Made by a program: the position numbers and the translations under genes
The notes under the pieces: generated by a model
Told to the model about the DNA's origin: nothing
Databases searched by the model: none
The model's input: only the letters and a program-made list of their open reading frames with translations
Sequence record: LC727698.1
Direction: 5' to 3' (one strand)
DNA: 64,000 nt
Shown: positions 26,765 to 36,932 of the stretch, in pieces
Position numbering within the stretch: the first letter of the stretch is position 1
Layout of the letters: the number at the start of each line of letters is the position of its first letter

Positions 26765-27517
26765 ATGGCTACAAGTACAGCAAGAACAGAAATAAAGAAA
26801 CAAATAATGCGAAGACTGGGAAATAGTATGACTGATGTAGAACTAGACCCAGAAGATTTAGATTTAGCAATAGATTTTGCAATAGATAGATACCGCCAGC
26901 GCGCCGAAAATGCTTGCATGGAAAGTATGCTGTTTATAACTCTGCAAAGAGATGAAACTGAATACACTTTACCTACTGAAGTTCAAGAAGTAAGACGACT
27001 ATATCGTAGATCTGTTGGATCGGGAACATCTGGCGGTACTAACTTTGATCCGTTTGAATCTGCATTTTCGAATATATTCTTTTTACAAGCAGGTCGAACC
27101 GGCGGTCTAGCAACATGGCATCTATTTTCCGAATACCAAGAAACCTTAGGAAGAATATTTGGATCTGAAATAAACTTTACATGGAACTATGCAGATAGAA
27201 AACTTACTATCATGCGAAAATTCCAAGGTGCCGAAACAGTATTGGTAGTTGTGTGGGTAGCAAAATCTGAAGATGTGCTTTTGACTGATGTATATAGTAG
27301 ACCGTGGTTAAGAGATTATGCTATTGCCCAGTCTAAATATATGTTAGGTGAAGCACGTAGTAAATTTACTAATGGCTTACCAGGACCGAACGGTAGTGTT
27401 ACTTTAAACGGCGATCAGTTAAAACAAGAAGCATTTGCTGAAATGGAACGTTTAGAAAACGAAATTATAAATTATACAACCGGGACATCGTTTGGTATGC
27501 CATTCATTATTGGATAA
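26765..27517 (+). CDS. gp13: Neck protein, T4 gp13-like
   Basis: EIKKQIMRRLG....DVELDPEDLDLAIDFA matches the gp13 N-terminus ([20 protein letters not shown]); AATAAATA at 26725-26732. Confidence 0.82.
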   Translation: MATSTARTEIKKQIMRRLGNSMTDVELDPEDLDLAIDFAIDRYRQRAENACMESMLFITLQRDETEYTLPTEVQEVRRLYRRSVGSGTSGGTNFDPFESAFSNIFFLQAGRTGGLATWHLFSEYQETLGRIFGSEINFTWNYADRKLTIMRKFQGAETVLVVVWVAKSEDVLLTDVYSRPWLRDYAIAQSKYMLGEARSKFTNGLPGPNGSVTLNGDQLKQEAFAEMERLENEIINYTTGTSFGMPFIIG

Positions 27518-27521
27518 ATGG

Positions 27522-28163
27522 ATGATTATAGGGACGTTAGGATTTATTGGGTCAGGAAAAAATACTGTAGCAAAATATTTAGTTGAAAATCATAATTTTA
27601 TACAGGATAGTTTTGCGGCAGCGTTAAAGGATTTACTGTCATCTACTTTTAGTTGGGATAGAACGTTATTAGAAGGTACCACACCTGAATCTAGGCGTTG
27701 GAGAGAAACTACAGATACATGGTGGGCGACAAAGTTAGGTATACCTAATTTTACTCCTAGGTATGCAATGCAATATATAGGAACTGATGTATTACGGATG
27801 CATTTTAATGATAATTTATGGATATTAACATTAGAAAAGCGATTAGAATCATTTATACAAAATAATAAGAATGTAGTAGTATCAGATGTAAGATTTAAAA
27901 ATGAATATAATATGCTAAAGCAATATGGTACAAAGTTCATATATGTAGAAAACGTTATCCCAGAATGGTATAATATTGCATTAGACTTAAATACATCAGA
28001 TTATACTGATAAAGAAAAACAAAATATTATTGAGAATTCGACATTAAACGGTGTCCATATATCCGAATGGGACTGGGTAGGATTGGGTTACGATGAAAAA
28101 ATTATTAATAATAGTACACTGGAAGAACTGTTTCTAACTGTAGATAGTATTATTAATAAATAA
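27522..28163 (+). CDS. Deoxynucleoside monophosphate kinase (T4 gp1-like)
   Basis: P-loop G.IGSGKNT, SFAAALKD, TPR..MQ.IGTDV.R, VVVSDVRFKNE. Confidence 0.9.
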   Translation: MIIGTLGFIGSGKNTVAKYLVENHNFIQDSFAAALKDLLSSTFSWDRTLLEGTTPESRRWRETTDTWWATKLGIPNFTPRYAMQYIGTDVLRMHFNDNLWILTLEKRLESFIQNNKNVVVSDVRFKNEYNMLKQYGTKFIYVENVIPEWYNIALDLNTSDYTDKEKQNIIENSTLNGVHISEWDWVGLGYDEKIINNSTLEELFLTVDSIINK

Positions 28164-28167
28164 TATA

Positions 28168-28190
28168 AATAGGGGCAATGCCCCTATTTT
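28168..28190 (+). terminator. Intrinsic terminator after the dNMP kinase
   Basis: AAATAGGGGC-AAT-GCCCCTATTT(T). Confidence 0.75.
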
Positions 28191-28226
28191 ATTGAGTGTT
28201 ATATCTGCAATGATTATTAAGTATGC

Positions 28227-28234
28227 GATAAATA
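28227..28234 (+). promoter_or_regulatory. Putative late promoter GATAAATA (sheath)
   Basis: Octamer 46 nt upstream of the sheath ATG. Confidence 0.55.
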
Positions 28235-28280
28235 CTGATATCGTAATACTGTATAATTCATAAAGGGAGATTATAACACA

Positions 28281-30920
28281 ATGGCAACTCTCATTTCTCC
28301 GGGTGTAAGTGTAACTATAACAGACGAATCTTTTTATGCATCGTCTGGTCCGGGAACTGTACCGCTTATAATCATAGCAACTGCTCAAGATAAAACTGAT
28401 AGTGCCGGTACTGGAATTGCACCGGGAACCACTAGACAAAATGCAGGTAGACTATGGCTAATTAGTTCTCAAAGAGAACTACTACAAACGTTTGGTGTCC
28501 CGACTTTTAAAACAGTCGGCGGAACTGCATTACACGGATATGAACTAAATGAATATGGATTGTTAGCAGCACATTCGTATTTAGGAATATCTAATAGAGC
28601 ATATGTTGTGCGGGCAGATGTAGACACATCTCAGTTAGAACCGTCTGATACTGAGCCCACTGCTAATCCTGCAGACAACACCTATTGGTTAAACCCTACA
28701 AAAGTTGTGTCGGGGTTGTATGAGTCTAACGGCACTGACTGGGTAAAAGCAAATGTATTCTATGCAACTGAATTTGACGCAGCTGGTCGCCCAGCAAATG
28801 TTCCGTCTAGTTACAAATATGCAATGTCAGTAGGACAAGCTGCTCCTAACGTAGAAAATGCAATATATAGACGCAATATATCCGGCGCCTGGGTTTTAAT
28901 TACTGCTAACGATAATACAGTTGTATATAATAAGGTATATCCTGTAGTAGGTGCTGTAGGGAATCTATGGGTAAACCTAAGGGAAACTTCATATGCATTG
29001 TCTAGATTCGATGCAAATGTAGGAAGTTTTGTATCCGTATCTACTCCTTTGTACAAAACAAGCGATGATGCTACCGACGGTTTCGGAACTACACTACGCC
29101 AGGGCTCGGTGTTTGTGCAATATAATGCAAAAGGAACATTATCTAGTGCAGTTAATCCTGCAGTAACTGAACTACAACATAAGGTAAAAATACACAACGG
29201 TAACACTTTCACTGCTGTTTCTGTAACCTTAGCAGCAACTGGTCCTTATAGCGATACATTAGTATTAGGACGCTATAACGGAACATCAGTGACAGTTAAC
29301 GCATCTGGTTCTAGCGTAGAGGCATTTGCTCAATCGTTAGGACAAGCTTTAGTTTCTAACGGTGTTACTGATATTTCAGTTAATTACAATACTGCCTCTA
29401 GAATGGTAGCGTTAGTTAACGATAGTGGAAAAGATATAATAGTTACATCATCTACTATGTTTAGTGCCGGCATATATTCTAATTGGGTTCCACTAGAATA
29501 TAGTTCTGCTGTAAAACAACCGTCCGGTCAATTAGATAACGGTACATTGTGGTACAGCACAGATTATAAAGTTGACATTCTAGTTAATGATGGCGTAGGA
29601 GCATGGACTGAGTTAGCTGGCAGTTTATTTGTACAAAGTGCTGAACCTACTGCTAACGTAGCTGACGGCGATGTATGGGTAAGCACTTCGTCTGCAGGCA
29701 ATTATCCGGTTATATATCGTAGGGTAAATAACCAGTGGAGATTAGTAGATAATACTGATCAAACAACACCTAACGGTGTAATATTTGCTGATGCAAGACC
29801 TGTAAATTCCGGAGCATTAGATGCAGACGCACCAGACGCACTTGCATATCCGCAAGGAATCTTGCTATTTAACACTCGCTATTCCACACGTAACGTTAAA
29901 CAATGGAACAATAATTATACCTTTGAAGGTAACGTTATAGGAGATAGATGGGTATCTGTTAGTGGTTTAAGATCGGATGGTTCTTTATACACAGGTGGTG
30001 AAGCAGTTAAACAAGTAGTCGTTCGTTCTATTGCTAGCACAATACAGGCTAATGAAGATATTCGTTCTGAAAACGTGTTTTATAACCTAATTGCTGCGCC
30101 TGGCTATCCTGAATTAATAGACGAGTTAGTAGCATTAAACGTTGATAGAAAACAAACTGCATTTGTTATAGGCGATTCGCCATTTACTTTGAGTGCAACT
30201 GGTACTAATTTACAAGAATGGTCTTCTAATTCTAAATTAGCAACAGAAAACGGTTCAGATGGATTAGTTACTGCTGATCCGTATTTAGGTGTATATTATC
30301 CGTCCGGTCTAAGTACAGATCTAAATGGTAATAATGTAGTTGTTCCTCCTAGTCATATGTTACTTCGTACTATCGCGTATAATGACCAAGTTGCATATCC
30401 GTGGTTCGCCCCGGCAGGATATCAACGCGGTATAGTGTCTAACGCAACTTCAGTAGGTTATATAAACAGCGAAGGTGAATTCGTTGCAGTTTCGTTAAAT
30501 GAAGGGCAGCGGGATACTCTGTATACTAATAATGTTAACCCAATATCGCAAGTGCCTAATAGAGGTATAGTGGTATGGGGTCAAAAGTCTAGAAATCCAG
30601 TTACTTCGTCATTGGATAGAGTTAATGTAGCAAGATTGGTAAACTATGTTAGATATCAATTAGATTTGTTGCTAAAACCGTTTGTATTCGAGCCAAACGA
30701 TTCACGTACTCGTCAAGCAGTGCAGGTAGCAGTAGAGGCTTTCTTAAGCGAAATAGTAACATTACGCGGTATCACTGATTTCGTTGTAGACTGTTCTGAT
30801 TCTAATAATACTCCGGATCGTATAGATAGAAACGAATTGTGGGTTGACGTTGCAATAGTGCCCACCCGTGCAGTTGAATTTATTTATGTTCCGATTCGTT
30901 TGCAAAATACTGGATCTTAA
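28281..30920 (+). CDS. gp18: Contractile tail sheath protein
   Basis: MATLISPGVSVTITDES; C-terminal YPWFAPAG..RG, LY.NNVNPI, GQK, RVNVARL, FVFEPND, DRNEL.VDVAI.PTRAVEFIY. Confidence 0.95.
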   Translation: MATLISPGVSVTITDESFYASSGPGTVPLIIIATAQDKTDSAGTGIAPGTTRQNAGRLWLISSQRELLQTFGVPTFKTVGGTALHGYELNEYGLLAAHSYLGISNRAYVVRADVDTSQLEPSDTEPTANPADNTYWLNPTKVVSGLYESNGTDWVKANVFYATEFDAAGRPANVPSSYKYAMSVGQAAPNVENAIYRRNISGAWVLITANDNTVVYNKVYPVVGAVGNLWVNLRETSYALSRFDANVGSFVSVSTPLYKTSDDATDGFGTTLRQGSVFVQYNAKGTLSSAVNPAVTELQHKVKIHNGNTFTAVSVTLAATGPYSDTLVLGRYNGTSVTVNASGSSVEAFAQSLGQALVSNGVTDISVNYNTASRMVALVNDSGKDIIVTSSTMFSAGIYSNWVPLEYSSAVKQPSGQLDNGTLWYSTDYKVDILVNDGVGAWTELAGSLFVQSAEPTANVADGDVWVSTSSAGNYPVIYRRVNNQWRLVDNTDQTTPNGVIFADARPVNSGALDADAPDALAYPQGILLFNTRYSTRNVKQWNNNYTFEGNVIGDRWVSVSGLRSDGSLYTGGEAVKQVVVRSIASTIQANEDIRSENVFYNLIAAPGYPELIDELVALNVDRKQTAFVIGDSPFTLSATGTNLQEWSSNSKLATENGSDGLVTADPYLGVYYPSGLSTDLNGNNVVVPPSHMLLRTIAYNDQVAYPWFAPAGYQRGIVSNATSVGYINSEGEFVAVSLNEGQRDTLYTNNVNPISQVPNRGIVVWGQKSRNPVTSSLDRVNVARLVNYVRYQLDLLLKPFVFEPNDSRTRQAVQVAVEAFLSEIVTLRGITDFVVDCSDSNNTPDRIDRNELWVDVAIVPTRAVEFIYVPIRLQNTGS

Positions 30921-30941
30921 CATAAATTAGTAATGCAAAAT

Positions 30942-30964
30942 AAAAAGGCACTAGGTGCCTTTTT
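30942..30964 (+). terminator. Intrinsic terminator after the sheath gene
   Basis: AAAAAGGCAC-TAG-GTGCCTTTTT. Confidence 0.85.
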
Positions 30965-30966
30965 AT

Positions 30967-30995
30967 TTGACTATAAATTATATCTATAGTATACT
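30967..30995 (+). promoter_or_regulatory. Sigma70 promoter of the homing endonuclease gene
   Basis: TTGACT-17 nt-TATACT. Confidence 0.7.
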
Positions 30996-31021
30996 ATTGT
31001 TTAAAACTAAGGATTGCTTTT

Positions 31022-32638
31022 ATGTCTATTGTATGTAAAATTTGTAATAAATCATTTCCTAGTATGATTACAAGTACACATCTAAAAACACATAACATCA
31101 CTACTGCAGAATACAAAGATCTTTATGGAAAATATTCTCTTGTATCAGATGAATATAGATCAAAGCGGTCAGAACAGTCATCTGGCATTAATAATCCTAA
31201 TTATGGAAATAAATGGTCAGACAGCATGAAAGAATCTATGTCTAATAAAAAATCTGGAACTATTCCGTGGAATAAAGGCATAGAGTTACACGATACTACT
31301 ATGTATGTGAAATCTGCAGAACAGAGAGAACTAAAGTACAAAGAAGGGATACTAACTAGGAAATCATATGTCAGAACTGTAGAAATAAATAAAAAAATTT
31401 CTGATAGTGTGAAGAAGTATGCTGCAGAAAATAAAGAAGAAGTAAAACAGAGAAGTGCCAAAGCAAAAGATACATATAGTACAAAGAAAACGTTAGGGTT
31501 AGTGCAAATACGAAAAGGATATAAGTTAACCAAATCACATAAAGAAATAGCTATACAAACATTAAATAATTATAGGGCTTCTAAAACAGCAGAATCTAAT
31601 AAACAAGTAGAAAGTAATATATCTCTTGCAAATCTAACATTATTAAATGACATAAACGAAAACAGCTTAGTGTTAAGGTGTAATATATGTAATAATGAAT
31701 GTTCTTTTACAAAACAATATTTTAGAGCTAGTAAATTTAAAATAGAATTATGTCCTGTATGTTATCCTAGAAATAGTAATAGATCTGAAAAAGAAAAAGA
31801 ATTAGAATATTTTATAACAAGTTTAGGTATTTCATGTATAAATTCTGCACGTATAAACAATAAAGAAATAGATATATTTTGTAAAGAATTAAATATTGGA
31901 TTTGAATTTAACGGATTATACTGGCATAGTGAGGATGTTTTAGAGTATTCTGGGTACAGTAAAACAAAAGATTACGAAAAGAAAATATTTTTTAGAGATA
32001 AAGGAATTAGATTAATTCAAATATTTGAAGATGAATGGGACTTAAAACAAGATATAGTAAAGAGTAGAATAAGAGCTATATTAGGAAAAACAGAACACAA
32101 AATATATGCAAGGAAATGTACTATTAAAGAAATAAATTCTAAAGTTGCAAATGATTTTGTAGAAAAAACACATTTACAAGGTAAAGGTAGAGCAAATGTA
32201 AGATTAGGGTTGTATTATAACAATGAACTAGTTTCTGTAATGACATTTTTAAATAAAGATATTACTAATAAAACATCGAGCTGTCAGATAAATCGTTTTA
32301 GTGTAAAACATAATACATCTATCCCCGGCGCCGCGGGAAAATTATTTGCTTACTATATAAACAATTATAATCCATCTAGTGTTATTTCGTATGCAGATTC
32401 TCGCTGGTCTGATGGTAATTTGTATGAACAGCTAGGATTTAAATTAGATAAACAGACACTCCCTAATTACTGGTATATAAAAGATAATGATCTTAAAAGA
32501 TATCATAGATACAATTTTAGAAAAGATAAGTTGCCTGAAACTTTACTAACAGAAAAAGAATATATGGATAGTTTGGGATGGAATAGAATATGGGATTCGG
32601 GATCTACTAAATGGGTTTGGACAAATAAAGGGGCATAA
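31022..32638 (+). mobile_element. Free-standing homing endonuclease gene (Vsr-like/Hef-like nuclease) between sheath and tube
   Basis: N-terminal CKIC...H...H Zn finger; NUMOD-like NNPNYG..W...PWNKG; EIDIF...IGFEFNGLYWHS; GIRLIQIFEDEW; C-terminal SYAD.RWS.GNLY...RIWDSG. Confidence 0.8.
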
Positions 32639-32651
32639 TGCCCCTTTATTT
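32623..32651 (+). terminator. Intrinsic terminator; the loop is the endonuclease stop codon
   Basis: AAATAAAGGGGCA-TAA-TGCCCCTTTATTT. Confidence 0.85.
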
Positions 32652-32681
32652 GTATCCTATAATGAAAAATTGTTAGTTACT

Positions 32682-32689
32682 GATAAATA
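32682..32689 (+). promoter_or_regulatory. Putative late promoter GATAAATA (tube)
   Basis: Octamer 37 nt upstream of the ATG at 32727. Confidence 0.55.
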
Positions 32690-32726
32690 TGTTTATCGTA
32701 ATAACGAGACATTAATAGGAGAATGT

Positions 32727-33347
32727 ATGGCAACATTAGACAAATTTGGGGTACCAAGTTCTGCAGGTTCAGAACGCGGTATTTTGCAACCCAAGCTCCA
32801 GTACAAGTTTCGCGTGAGTTTTGATGGTTTTGGCGATGGATCTAATTCTCGCCAGTTAACCCAGAGCGTAGTTTCTGTCGAAAGACCGAAAATAAACCAT
32901 GCGTCGACTGCTGTTCATTCGTATAACTCTGTAGCATATGCTATGGGTAAACACGAATGGCAAACTATCGAAATTGTATTGCGTGACGATATTCAAAACT
33001 CAGTTGTTAATGTAGTTGGTAAACAATTGCAGAAACAAATGAACCATTTTGAACAATCTAGCCCAGTAGCTGGTAGAAACTATAAATTTACTATGAGAAT
33101 AGAATCTCTAGACGGAAACAACAATACTGCACCATTAGAATACTGGGATGCAGAAGGTTGTTTTTTACTTGATGTAAACTATGGTTCTCGTGCATATGAT
33201 AGCTCTGAACTTACCTTAATAACCCTTACTGTTCGTGCAGATAACTATACTCATCATGCAGGCGGCAACGAAGTTGCACTCGGCGGCGATCCGTTTACTG
33301 ACGACGATGCCGGATTACGCGGTGCACCTGGTGCTCGTGTAAACTAA
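32727..33347 (+). CDS. gp19: Tail tube protein
   Basis: ILQPKLQYKFRVSF, V.SVERPKI, GKHEWQTI.I.LRDD, W..EGCF...VNYG...Y; SD AGGAG before ATG 32727. Confidence 0.85.
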   Translation: MATLDKFGVPSSAGSERGILQPKLQYKFRVSFDGFGDGSNSRQLTQSVVSVERPKINHASTAVHSYNSVAYAMGKHEWQTIEIVLRDDIQNSVVNVVGKQLQKQMNHFEQSSPVAGRNYKFTMRIESLDGNNNTAPLEYWDAEGCFLLDVNYGSRAYDSSELTLITLTVRADNYTHHAGGNEVALGGDPFTDDDAGLRGAPGARVN

Positions 33348-33355
33348 TAAGAAAT

Positions 33356-33382
33356 CTGCAAGCTATTTTACTTAGCTTGCAG
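33356..33382 (+). terminator. Hairpin after the tube gene (probable terminator)
   Basis: CTGCAAGCTA-TTTTACT-TAGCTTGCAG followed by a T-rich tract. Confidence 0.6.
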
Positions 33383-33406
33383 TTATTCTTTTTATTGGAT
33401 TTATAT

Positions 33407-34885
33407 ATGGCATTTGATGATATATTCGGTACAATAGCCGGCGCTGCTGGTGATATATTTGGGGCAACAGTGGGAGAAGCAGGAAATATTTTGTCTTCTG
33501 TTGCTACCCGGTCTGCTAAGAAATTTTTAGGCGGTTTAATTGGCGACGGGCATGGCGCATATCTAAGAGATAGTAGACATGCAACATATAATTTTGGTCT
33601 TAGGGGTTCGTATATACAACAGAACTATCCTAGGTCTAAGTTTCAATATCTTGTAAAAATAAACTATAATACTATAGATCCGGTAAAATCGTTTGTTGAT
33701 ACTTATTTAAATAGAGATGAACAAGATATGATAGTTCCTCTAATAAAACGTATCGATATGCCATCTATGCAAATAGATACAGAAAAATTAAATCAATATA
33801 ATAAATGGCGTATTTCTCAAACAAAGATAAAATTCCAGCCTATTACAATGGTGTTACACGATGTAGTAGATGGAAAAACATTACGTTTTTGGGAAATGTA
33901 TTATGAATATTATTTTAATGATGGTGTTTACGCCAAGAAAACATCAGATTCTATAAGTAATTTTGATCCCATTAGAAATACATTAAGAAGGGGCGAGTTA
34001 AACGTATCTGAGTTTTATAATGATATTATCTCTAAAGAAGGTGTTTTTAAACGAGATTTTGGATTTAGGTTAGATACTCAGGTGTTTAATACAACTTCAT
34101 TTATAGGAAAATATAGTAGATATTTGTTTGACTCTATTGATATATATCAGGTTCACGGACAATCATATTCTAGGGCAAGATTAGTAAATCCCAGAATAAC
34201 AGATTTTAGACATGATGCATTAGCATATGACAATTCTAGTGATTTAATGGAATTAACATTTACATTTGAATACGAAGATGTAGTGTATGATAATTTTGTT
34301 AGGCCATTGGCTGAAACTGAACTTGAATTTTATGATAATGCTAATAATTTAGAATTAGATTATCAACCTGCCCGTCCGCCAGTTAGTGTTAGGGTAAGAA
34401 ACGACAGTACTGAGGGTGGTTTCGGCAGATCTTCGTCTGGATTAGGTAATGTATTGGGTGATATTACGGGGGATATATTCGGCGGAATTCGGTCTGGTGT
34501 ATCTACAGTTTTAGATGCAACAGGTGTAAATGGTGTGTTAGATAATATAGGAGTAGGCGCAGTATTAGGAAGTGCTGCTAATAGCGTATTAGGAAATATT
34601 GAGCGAAATGTAACAGACTATGTTACTACTTTTCCTGAAAATGCAGCAAGGGCAGTAGGTGAAAGTATATTTACAGGAGAAGTAGAATTCCCGGTAGATC
34701 CGAAAGGTTCTATGAGAAAAATATTAGATCAAGCAAAATCAGAAACTACTGGAACTATACGAAGAACATTTGAAACTGGTGTAAATACTGCTATAACTGG
34801 TGTTTTAAATGGCGCAGGAAAAATTATAGATAATCCTAGGGGATCTAGAAATACAAACGTATCTAACAGGAGTGTTGGATTATAA
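33407..34885 (+). CDS. Tube-fold baseplate / tube-initiator protein (gp48/gp54-like) with Gly-rich C-terminus
   Basis: PRSKFQY.V, KRIDMPSM.IDTE.LNQYN, FQPITM.LHD, FW..YY.YYF tube-fold motifs. Confidence 0.6.
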   Translation: MAFDDIFGTIAGAAGDIFGATVGEAGNILSSVATRSAKKFLGGLIGDGHGAYLRDSRHATYNFGLRGSYIQQNYPRSKFQYLVKINYNTIDPVKSFVDTYLNRDEQDMIVPLIKRIDMPSMQIDTEKLNQYNKWRISQTKIKFQPITMVLHDVVDGKTLRFWEMYYEYYFNDGVYAKKTSDSISNFDPIRNTLRRGELNVSEFYNDIISKEGVFKRDFGFRLDTQVFNTTSFIGKYSRYLFDSIDIYQVHGQSYSRARLVNPRITDFRHDALAYDNSSDLMELTFTFEYEDVVYDNFVRPLAETELEFYDNANNLELDYQPARPPVSVRVRNDSTEGGFGRSSSGLGNVLGDITGDIFGGIRSGVSTVLDATGVNGVLDNIGVGAVLGSAANSVLGNIERNVTDYVTTFPENAARAVGESIFTGEVEFPVDPKGSMRKILDQAKSETTGTIRRTFETGVNTAITGVLNGAGKIIDNPRGSRNTNVSNRSVGL

Positions 34886-35340
34886 TGGCACTTGATAGAT
34901 TTAGTATAGACATGTTGAAGCGCAGAGGAGCTTCTAAGAAAGTAATACAAACGGGTTCGTCTTTAGTTAACACATTTGAAAATGGATCTGGTTTTGATAA
35001 TGCTTTGGATGCTACTAGTCTTATTCTAGACAATTACGGAAATTCTTCAGTTGGCGCCGTTAATTCGAATATGTTTTTTGCTCTACGATCATTCTTTGTA
35101 AGTAAACATACTTCTTTACCTAACGCAGAAACCCTAGCATTGATGATGTTAGATGCAGCCAAGTTACTAAATAAACCGCCGATGACATTAGCAGAAGAAG
35201 TGGCAAGTACGGGACAATTAATGTTAGGAAATGACACATATACTGTATTAAATTTTTTAAGACCTGCCGGCGAAAAGCAAAATCTATTAATAATAAACGA
35301 TAATTCTGGGAAATTCAGAGGAAGGAACGTCAAATTATAA
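34885..35340 (+). CDS. Hypothetical virion-operon protein (151 aa)
   Basis: Coupled ORF between the baseplate and head-completion genes. Confidence 0.7.
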   Translation: MALDRFSIDMLKRRGASKKVIQTGSSLVNTFENGSGFDNALDATSLILDNYGNSSVGAVNSNMFFALRSFFVSKHTSLPNAETLALMMLDAAKLLNKPPMTLAEEVASTGQLMLGNDTYTVLNFLRPAGEKQNLLIINDNSGKFRGRNVKL

Positions 35341-35768
35341 TGGGTAGTTACAAGCAAGGAACGTATATTCCGAAGAATCCCGGAAAATATATAGGAAAAA
35401 AATTACCATACTATAGATCTGCATGGGAATATAAATTTATGCAGACAGTTGACGAAAATATGGCTGTAATTGAATGGGCTAGCGAACCTATTTCTATTCC
35501 TTATTTTAATCCAGTTACAAACAAACAATCGTTATATGTGCCAGATTTTTTGATGGTATACGTTGATAGTAAGGGCAACAAACACACCGAAATAGTCGAA
35601 ATAAAACCGAGAAAAGAAACATTTTTAGAACATGCTAAAACTAAACAAGATAAATATCGGTTAGCAATGAACGCAGCAAAATGGCAAGCTGCCGCCAAGT
35701 TTTGCTCTGCACGGGGTATAAGATTTAGAGTAATTAACGAAGACCATATTTATAGGAATCCTAAATAA
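35340..35768 (+). CDS. gp4: Head completion nuclease, T4 gp4-like (TnsA-type PD-(D/E)xK)
   Basis: QG.Y.PKNP.KY.G...YRSAWE..FM...D.N..V..WASE...IPY, YVPDF, EIKP, N.AKW.AA..FC. Confidence 0.9.
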   Translation: MGSYKQGTYIPKNPGKYIGKKLPYYRSAWEYKFMQTVDENMAVIEWASEPISIPYFNPVTNKQSLYVPDFLMVYVDSKGNKHTEIVEIKPRKETFLEHAKTKQDKYRLAMNAAKWQAAAKFCSARGIRFRVINEDHIYRNPK

Positions 35769-35769
35769 C

Positions 35770-36276
35770 ATGACTAAAAGATTAGAAGAAGTATTTGATT
35801 TTGCTTCGTTTGACGAAGAAGCGCCGGCAGAAATTATAGAAACTACTAACGAAGAGGATGTTTCTGGCCAAATAGTAGACATAAATTCTCAATCGGATAA
35901 AATTGATGCAGCATTAGTTGGTGTAACTCAATTAGATAGTCATGACAGAGATATGGATGAAATTGCAAAAACTGCAATGGATGCATACCGCGATTTGTGG
36001 GATATAAGTCAAAACATACATGATGCCCAGGTAGGTAAAGTGTTAGAAGTGGCACATAATATGCTTAAAACTGCCCAGGACGCCAAGGAAGCAAAAAATT
36101 ATAGAAAATTAAAAATGGTAGAGTTACAAATTAAAAAAGCAAGATTGGATTGGGAAATGACTCATAAAAAAACGTCCACTGATGCCCCTGCCGGATCTAA
36201 TGGTGTATATTTTGATAGAAATGAGCTAATCGGTCTTCTTTTAAATAAGGATAATGATAACTCTGCAGATAAATAA
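35770..36276 (+). CDS. Possible terminase small subunit
   Basis: Helical 168-aa protein near the large terminase with gp16-like spacing of helices; weak similarity only. Confidence 0.4.
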   Translation: MTKRLEEVFDFASFDEEAPAEIIETTNEEDVSGQIVDINSQSDKIDAALVGVTQLDSHDRDMDEIAKTAMDAYRDLWDISQNIHDAQVGKVLEVAHNMLKTAQDAKEAKNYRKLKMVELQIKKARLDWEMTHKKTSTDAPAGSNGVYFDRNELIGLLLNKDNDNSADK

Positions 36277-36300
36277 CATAAACTATAAAGGAAGATATAA

Positions 36301-36903
36301 ATGAAATCTTTCAGAGATTATTACGATGCGTCAAAACGCAAATATTCGTTTGTAATTAAAATAGCTACAGACGAAATAAATTCTGAACAAAAATCTGTAT
36401 TAGAATCTAGTTTAGTAAAATATGATATACTTTCATTTTCTAATTTTAAAGAAACTCCTTATCAATTAAATCCGTTAGATTTTCCTAATATACCTTGTTC
36501 TAAAGTATTCATAGCAGAAATAGAGATGGTATATCCAGCTACACCGGATTTATTAAGAAATTATATATCTAAAGCACTCTGTATAAAAGAAAGCAATGTT
36601 CTGGTATTTACTTCTGAAGATCCTAGATTAGAAGACGCAAAAGAATTTGTGTACAGACAAAGTAAAGAATATAAAGATAATTATAAACCAGTATTAGGTT
36701 CGGAAGAAATATGGAAAACTGAAGCACCATATGGCGACGAATCAGTTAAAGAAGCACTAGCGGCAGCTCCTGCAAAAGAAGATAGTTATGTAACTAACAA
36801 TCTAATTCCGGCGCAAAAACTAGATAAAATAAACAATAAAGAAGTTGTAGTTCCTAATAACAATGCTGTTATAGGTACTAATGATTATAGAAATAAAAGA
36901 TAA
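36301..36903 (+). CDS. Hypothetical late protein (200 aa)
   Basis: GATAAATA at 36268-36275; N-terminus MKSFRDYY. Confidence 0.7.
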   Translation: MKSFRDYYDASKRKYSFVIKIATDEINSEQKSVLESSLVKYDILSFSNFKETPYQLNPLDFPNIPCSKVFIAEIEMVYPATPDLLRNYISKALCIKESNVLVFTSEDPRLEDAKEFVYRQSKEYKDNYKPVLGSEEIWKTEAPYGDESVKEALAAAPAKEDSYVTNNLIPAQKLDKINNKEVVVPNNNAVIGTNDYRNKR

Positions 36904-36932
36904 AGGGCCCAGGGTCCTAGATAGGAGAAATC

